From Nitrospirota bacterium (GTDB lineage Bacteria; Nitrospirota; UBA9217): DNA of 10,773 nucleotides. The stretch lies in NCBI GenBank assembly GCA_029858565.1, contig JAOUEV010000090.1, positions 1 through 10,773 of the forward strand. Direction: 5' to 3'. Position 1 is the stretch's first letter. Each line of letters opens with the position of its first letter. Shown here piece after piece: positions 6,866 through 10,773 of the stretch. The notes under the pieces were generated by a model, which did no database searches, was not told the origin of the DNA, and saw nothing but the letters and a program-made list of their open reading frames with translations. Both the position numbers and the translations under genes were made by a program.

Positions 6866-7450
6866 CTACTTATGCTTTGGTTTTGCTTCCAGAAAATCAA
6901 GCGTACCGACGATCTGCTGAAACGCCTTGAGGTCCGCCTCGGCAGCCTTTTTCTTGAGCGATCCCATGGTGACAATGAACAGATAGGGCGATTCCCTGCC
7001 CGGATTGACATAGGACACGTACTGGTACGAGGAGTTCTTTATTGCGAACAGTTTGGCATAGGTGCGGTAAGAGGGGTGGGGAGTCTTGAGCGTCAGGAAT
7101 TCCACGTCCGGGTAGAGCGACCGGTACTGCTGCATGTCATGCGCCAGGTCCTCGGCAGTGTTCTCGTCCACTTTTCTGCTGATGCGGATCGCGATCAGCG
7201 TCGTATGCTTCTCAATGGTCTCGCTGCTCCGATAGAGGACCACGCCCGCGGACAGTTTTGGTGCATTCTCGATATCACCGGTCCACCCCTCCGGTTCCTT
7301 GACGCTGAAGATGAGATCGTCGCTGAACACGACCAGGGGGCCTGCTTTCCGCTCCTGTTCATCAGGAAGTCCCGGTATTTCCGCATATGCCGCAGGAGCG
7401 GCAAAGGCGATCGAAATAAAAAAAACCAGCAGCGCGAATATCTTCCTCAT
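6866..7450 (-). CDS. Secreted/periplasmic hypothetical protein (194 aa)
   Basis: GGAGG SD before ATG 7450 and a classical signal peptide MRKIFALLVFFISIAFAAPAAYA. Confidence 0.8.
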   Translation of the reverse strand: MRKIFALLVFFISIAFAAPAAYAEIPGLPDEQERKAGPLVVFSDDLIFSVKEPEGWTGDIENAPKLSAGVVLYRSSETIEKHTTLIAIRISRKVDENTAEDLAHDMQQYRSLYPDVEFLTLKTPHPSYRTYAKLFAIKNSSYQYVSYVNPGRESPYLFIVTMGSLKKKAAEADLKAFQQIVGTLDFLEAKPKHK

Positions 7451-7482
7451 GGTCCCTCCAGGCTTGCCTTCAAAGCAGATCA

Positions 7483-10400
7483 TCAGCAGACATCCTTGTT
7501 ACGCGACCCCTGCCAGGCGCGGGCCTGGTGCATGAACGCCTCAAGCCGGGTGACCGTCTGCGTGTCCCGTTGTCCCTCATAAGCGATCGACAGGAGCGGA
7601 ATATTGCCCTCTTCCTCCCGCACGCGCTTGAGCAGCGCGCCGGTGATCGTTCCGGGCATGCAGGAAAAGGGCATCACGTTGACGATCCCCGACACGCCGC
7701 GCCTGATATAATCAACGGCCTTGCCCACGGACAGGACAGCCTCGCCCTCGAAGGAATGATGTACATAAGGCCTCGCGCGCTCCAGCGTGGTCTTGATGGT
7801 CGGCTCGTGCAGGCTCCTGAGGCTCCCGTTGAACGATGCCATCAGCCGGTGTTCGTCGCGGGACTGGACCCAGTGGGTCACATGGGCCTTCAGCAGGTCG
7901 CGCCAGGCGCGGTTGGTCCGCGCAGAGACCTTGGCGGTCGCGTTCAGATAGAGCAGCCATTCCGAGATCGGCGCCACCCACGCCTCCCCGCCGAGCCGCT
8001 CGATCTGGCCAACGATGTCCTCGTTGCCGAACCGGTTGCCGCGGATGTAGATCTCGCCCACCACGCCGATCACCGGCCGGTCACGCTCTCCGACATCGAG
8101 GTCCGTGAAATCGCGGTAGGCGCGCTGCAGCACAGGGAGGGGGTCCTCCCGCCGCTCGATCGATCCGGTCACGTCCGCAAGCGCCCGGTGATAGATCCGG
8201 TCAGCAGCACCCTTCTGCCGTTCATAGGGCCGGTGCTCCCACAGCGCCTTCTGGAGCATGTCCACGGCAAGGACACCTTTCCAGTTGAGTCGCAGAAAGT
8301 CCTTTCCCACCATGCCCGTGTCGCGGTACATGCTCTCGTCCTGCATGGGAGCGACGATCGGCACCTCAGGAAGACCGATCCGGTCCAGCACCAGCCGGTG
8401 GTACCGGTTGTACTGGCCGAAGCGGCAGGGGCCTTTGCCGGAAGGCATGAAGAAGGCGCTCCGGGCAGGATCGAAATCCGGACGCCGCGTGGCCTTGATC
8501 ATATCGCCGGTCGTGAGCGCCAGGGGATAGCATTCCCGTCCCGAACTGTGCTCCTTCCCGATCCGGATGGTCTCGTCATCCGACTCGGGAAGCATCTCGG
8601 CCTCGACCCCGCAGGCACGGAACGCCGCTGCCACGATATTGGCGTGGTCAGCCATGGGCGGGATGAACACCTTCCTCCGGTGGTGGGTTGCCGCGCCTGC
8701 CAGGCCGGACCGGCGCACTTTCTGCGCTGCGGCACCGCTCCCGTTCCCGAGGCTGTCAAGGAACGCCTCGATCCTGGTGACGGCGCCGGCATCGGCGCTG
8801 TGCTCGTCGATCTCAAGCTGCAGAAAAGGTTTGCCTGCCATCTCTTCAAGAAAGAAATGGGAGATGAAGGAATCAGGGCCGCAGCCGAAGTTGGTGATGT
8901 AGACCGGCGCGAGATTGGGGTGCTTTTTCATGAAACGGGCCGCGGCCAGGATCTTCTGGCCCGAACGCCAGTACATTTCCTCCATGCCCTCGTGATCCGC
9001 ATCGTGAAGCGGCAGGAAGTCGAAGGGGATCGCCTGCACTCCCAGATCGCGGATCTTTGAAGGCAGGTTCATATTGAGCACCGGATCGCAGCTGTTGTAG
9101 GTCCGTCCGATCAGCACGATCGCGCGCTCATCCTTCCCGAGCCCTGCGAGCACTTCCTTTCCCCGTGCCTTCACCGCCGCGTCAACCCGCTTCTGAGCTT
9201 CCTGTCCTGCCCGGGAAGCGCGCTCCGCTGCCTTCCGTCCCTTGCCAAGCGCCCTGCCTACAGCGCGCACGCTGGCTGCAAAATGTTTCGCGTCCTGTAA
9301 ATGAAGCGGCGCTTCCAGCACCATGGTCCCGCTCAGAGAGAAAGCGGCCCTGGCCAGATAAGGAAGGGCCTGAGCATAGGGACAGGCCTGGGAGGTGCGG
9401 CCCTTTCCATGGGCCGCGGGAAAGCGGACAAAGCTCGGCAGGAACAGGATGTCCACTTTTTTATCCAGCAGGTCGCGGACATGGCCGAGCGCCACCTTCG
9501 CGGGAAAGCAGGTCTCCGCAGCCGCGCTCTCGAGCCCCAGGTTCACCACCTTGCGGCTCGTGCGGTCCGACAGGACCGTGCGAAATCCGAGATCGTCGAA
9601 AAAGGCGCGCCAGAAGGGAAGTTCGTCGTTCAGGTAGAGCATGCGCGGGATCCCGATCACCGGCCCGCCGGACGCGGCAGCCTGCGGGACCGCCTCCGCG
9701 ATCAAGCGTTCTCGCTCTGCAAAGAGATCCGGCAGCCGGTCCTCTCCCGACCGTTTGCGCTTCACATCGTACTTTTCGCACCGGCTTCCGTAGAAGAGCG
9801 GCTCTTCTCCTTCAAAGACCACCCGGCGGATATCGCACCGGTTGGCGCACTCGGCGCACTGGAAGGTCGAGACGGCATAGGACCGGCGGGAAAGGTCGAA
9901 TCCCTTGAAGGAGCTCGGCCCGCCGTTCCGGGAGCGCATTGCGATGATGGCGGCGCCGATGGCGCCGGTCACTTCATGATGGGGAGGCACGGTCACGGGT
10001 TTTCCCGTTATCTGCTCGAACGCCGAGACCACGGCCTTGTTGGCCGCGACGCCGCCCTGAAAGAAGATACGGTTGCCGATCCGTTTGCCCGCGGCGACCT
10101 TGTTCAGGTAGTTCTGTGCGATCGAGTAGGCCAGACCCGCGGTCAGGTCAGGTACTCCGGCGCCCCGGTTGAGGTAATGCACAAGGTCGGACTCCATGAA
10201 CACGGTGCAGCGCTCGCCCAGGCCGCAGGGTGAGCCCGCACAGAGCGCCTTGCCCGCGAACTCTTCTTTGATCCTTATCCCGAGCCGCTCGGCCTGCTCC
10301 TCGAGAAAGGATCCCGTTCCTGCTGCGCAGGCCTTGTTCATCTCGAAATCCACGACCGCGCCGTCCCGGAGGCTGATGAACTTCGAATCCTGACCGCCGA

Positions 10401-10773
10401 TCTCGAAGATCGTGTCCACGTGTTCGTCAATGGCCGCTGCGGCGGTCGCCTGGGCGGTGATCTCGTTCCGCACTGCATCAGCGCCGATCATGTCGCCGGT
10501 GAGATAGCGGCCGGAGCCCGTGGTAGCCGCCCCGCAGATCCGCACCCTGTCGCCAACCTCGGCGCCCACTTCCGCAAGACCCTGCTTCACCGCTTCGATG
10601 GGCCTGCCCGCGGTCGGAAGATAGCGCTTGGACAGCACGCGCAGGTCACGGTCGATCACCACCACGTTGGTGGACACGGACCCCACGTCCACGCCCAGGT
10701 AGGCATCGACCGTCACCCCCGCCCCCGGGACAGCGTCCTGGTCGGGATTGGCCATCATGCCGGCGGGCATTGA
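7483..10773 (-). CDS. Multidomain acyl-CoA dehydratase activase-related protein (BadF/BadG/BcrA/BcrD ATPase plus DUF2229-type domains), probably 5'-truncated by the window edge
   Basis: LGVDVGSVSTN, TTGSGR, NEITAQA, EIGGQDSK, MNKACAAGTGSFLEEQA, CTVFMES, QGGVAAN, GAIGAA, CAECANRC..GSRCEKY, ETCFPAK, FGCGPD, IDEHSADAG..TRIEAF, ECYP, GPCRFGQY and PFSCMP. The frame is still open at 10773. Confidence 0.92.
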   Translation of the reverse strand, partial: SMPAGMMANPDQDAVPGAGVTVDAYLGVDVGSVSTNVVVIDRDLRVLSKRYLPTAGRPIEAVKQGLAEVGAEVGDRVRICGAATTGSGRYLTGDMIGADAVRNEITAQATAAAAIDEHVDTIFEIGGQDSKFISLRDGAVVDFEMNKACAAGTGSFLEEQAERLGIRIKEEFAGKALCAGSPCGLGERCTVFMESDLVHYLNRGAGVPDLTAGLAYSIAQNYLNKVAAGKRIGNRIFFQGGVAANKAVVSAFEQITGKPVTVPPHHEVTGAIGAAIIAMRSRNGGPSSFKGFDLSRRSYAVSTFQCAECANRCDIRRVVFEGEEPLFYGSRCEKYDVKRKRSGEDRLPDLFAERERLIAEAVPQAAASGGPVIGIPRMLYLNDELPFWRAFFDDLGFRTVLSDRTSRKVVNLGLESAAAETCFPAKVALGHVRDLLDKKVDILFLPSFVRFPAAHGKGRTSQACPYAQALPYLARAAFSLSGTMVLEAPLHLQDAKHFAASVRAVGRALGKGRKAAERASRAGQEAQKRVDAAVKARGKEVLAGLGKDERAIVLIGRTYNSCDPVLNMNLPSKIRDLGVQAIPFDFLPLHDADHEGMEEMYWRSGQKILAAARFMKKHPNLAPVYITNFGCGPDSFISHFFLEEMAGKPFLQLEIDEHSADAGAVTRIEAFLDSLGNGSGAAAQKVRRSGLAGAATHHRRKVFIPPMADHANIVAAAFRACGVEAEMLPESDDETIRIGKEHSSGRECYPLALTTGDMIKATRRPDFDPARSAFFMPSGKGPCRFGQYNRYHRLVLDRIGLPEVPIVAPMQDESMYRDTGMVGKDFLRLNWKGVLAVDMLQKALWEHRPYERQKGAADRIYHRALADVTGSIERREDPLPVLQRAYRDFTDLDVGERDRPVIGVVGEIYIRGNRFGNEDIVGQIERLGGEAWVAPISEWLLYLNATAKVSARTNRAWRDLLKAHVTHWVQSRDEHRLMASFNGSLRSLHEPTIKTTLERARPYVHHSFEGEAVLSVGKAVDYIRRGVSGIVNVMPFSCMPGTITGALLKRVREEEGNIPLLSIAYEGQRDTQTVTRLEAFMHQARAWQGSRNKDVC

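Noticed and set aside
6586-7011. 141-aa minus ORF in the track
   Set aside because: Wrong frame. The Cys-motif signal lies in the other two minus frames.
7480-7488. TGC-TGA at the activase end as possible selenocysteine
   Set aside because: A second TGA follows immediately, no SECIS-like hairpin is evident, and the family C-terminus (TRLEAF) is already complete.
7528-10233. Long plus-strand ORFs (510, 310 and 247 aa) and 6707-7582
   Set aside because: Antisense shadows of well-supported minus-strand genes.

Overview
GC-rich bacterial chromosomal window, mostly housekeeping genes with a small accessory block. Left part (minus strand): a class I-alpha DAHP synthase, a RHH-antitoxin/MazF(PemK) toxin-antitoxin pair and an XRE-like HTH protein. 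Each is followed by a copy of one GGCCTCCC..GGGAGGCC hairpin (two intact, one degenerate). Centre (plus strand): a divergent polysaccharide deacetylase (YibQ-like) and tsaD, with short-period fold-back repeats in both adjacent intergenic gaps. Right part (minus strand): a large multidomain acyl-CoA dehydratase activase-type protein that runs off the window edge, a secreted hypothetical protein, a frameshifted Cys-rich two-CW-type gene that the ORF track misses, a lipoprotein and an orphan PstS-like binding protein. I found no rRNA, tRNA, CRISPR array or transposase. Nothing here is demonstrably a new system. The best leads are the hidden two-CW remnant, the recurring hairpin between the left-hand modules, the apparently leaderless TA promoter and the fold-back repeats.
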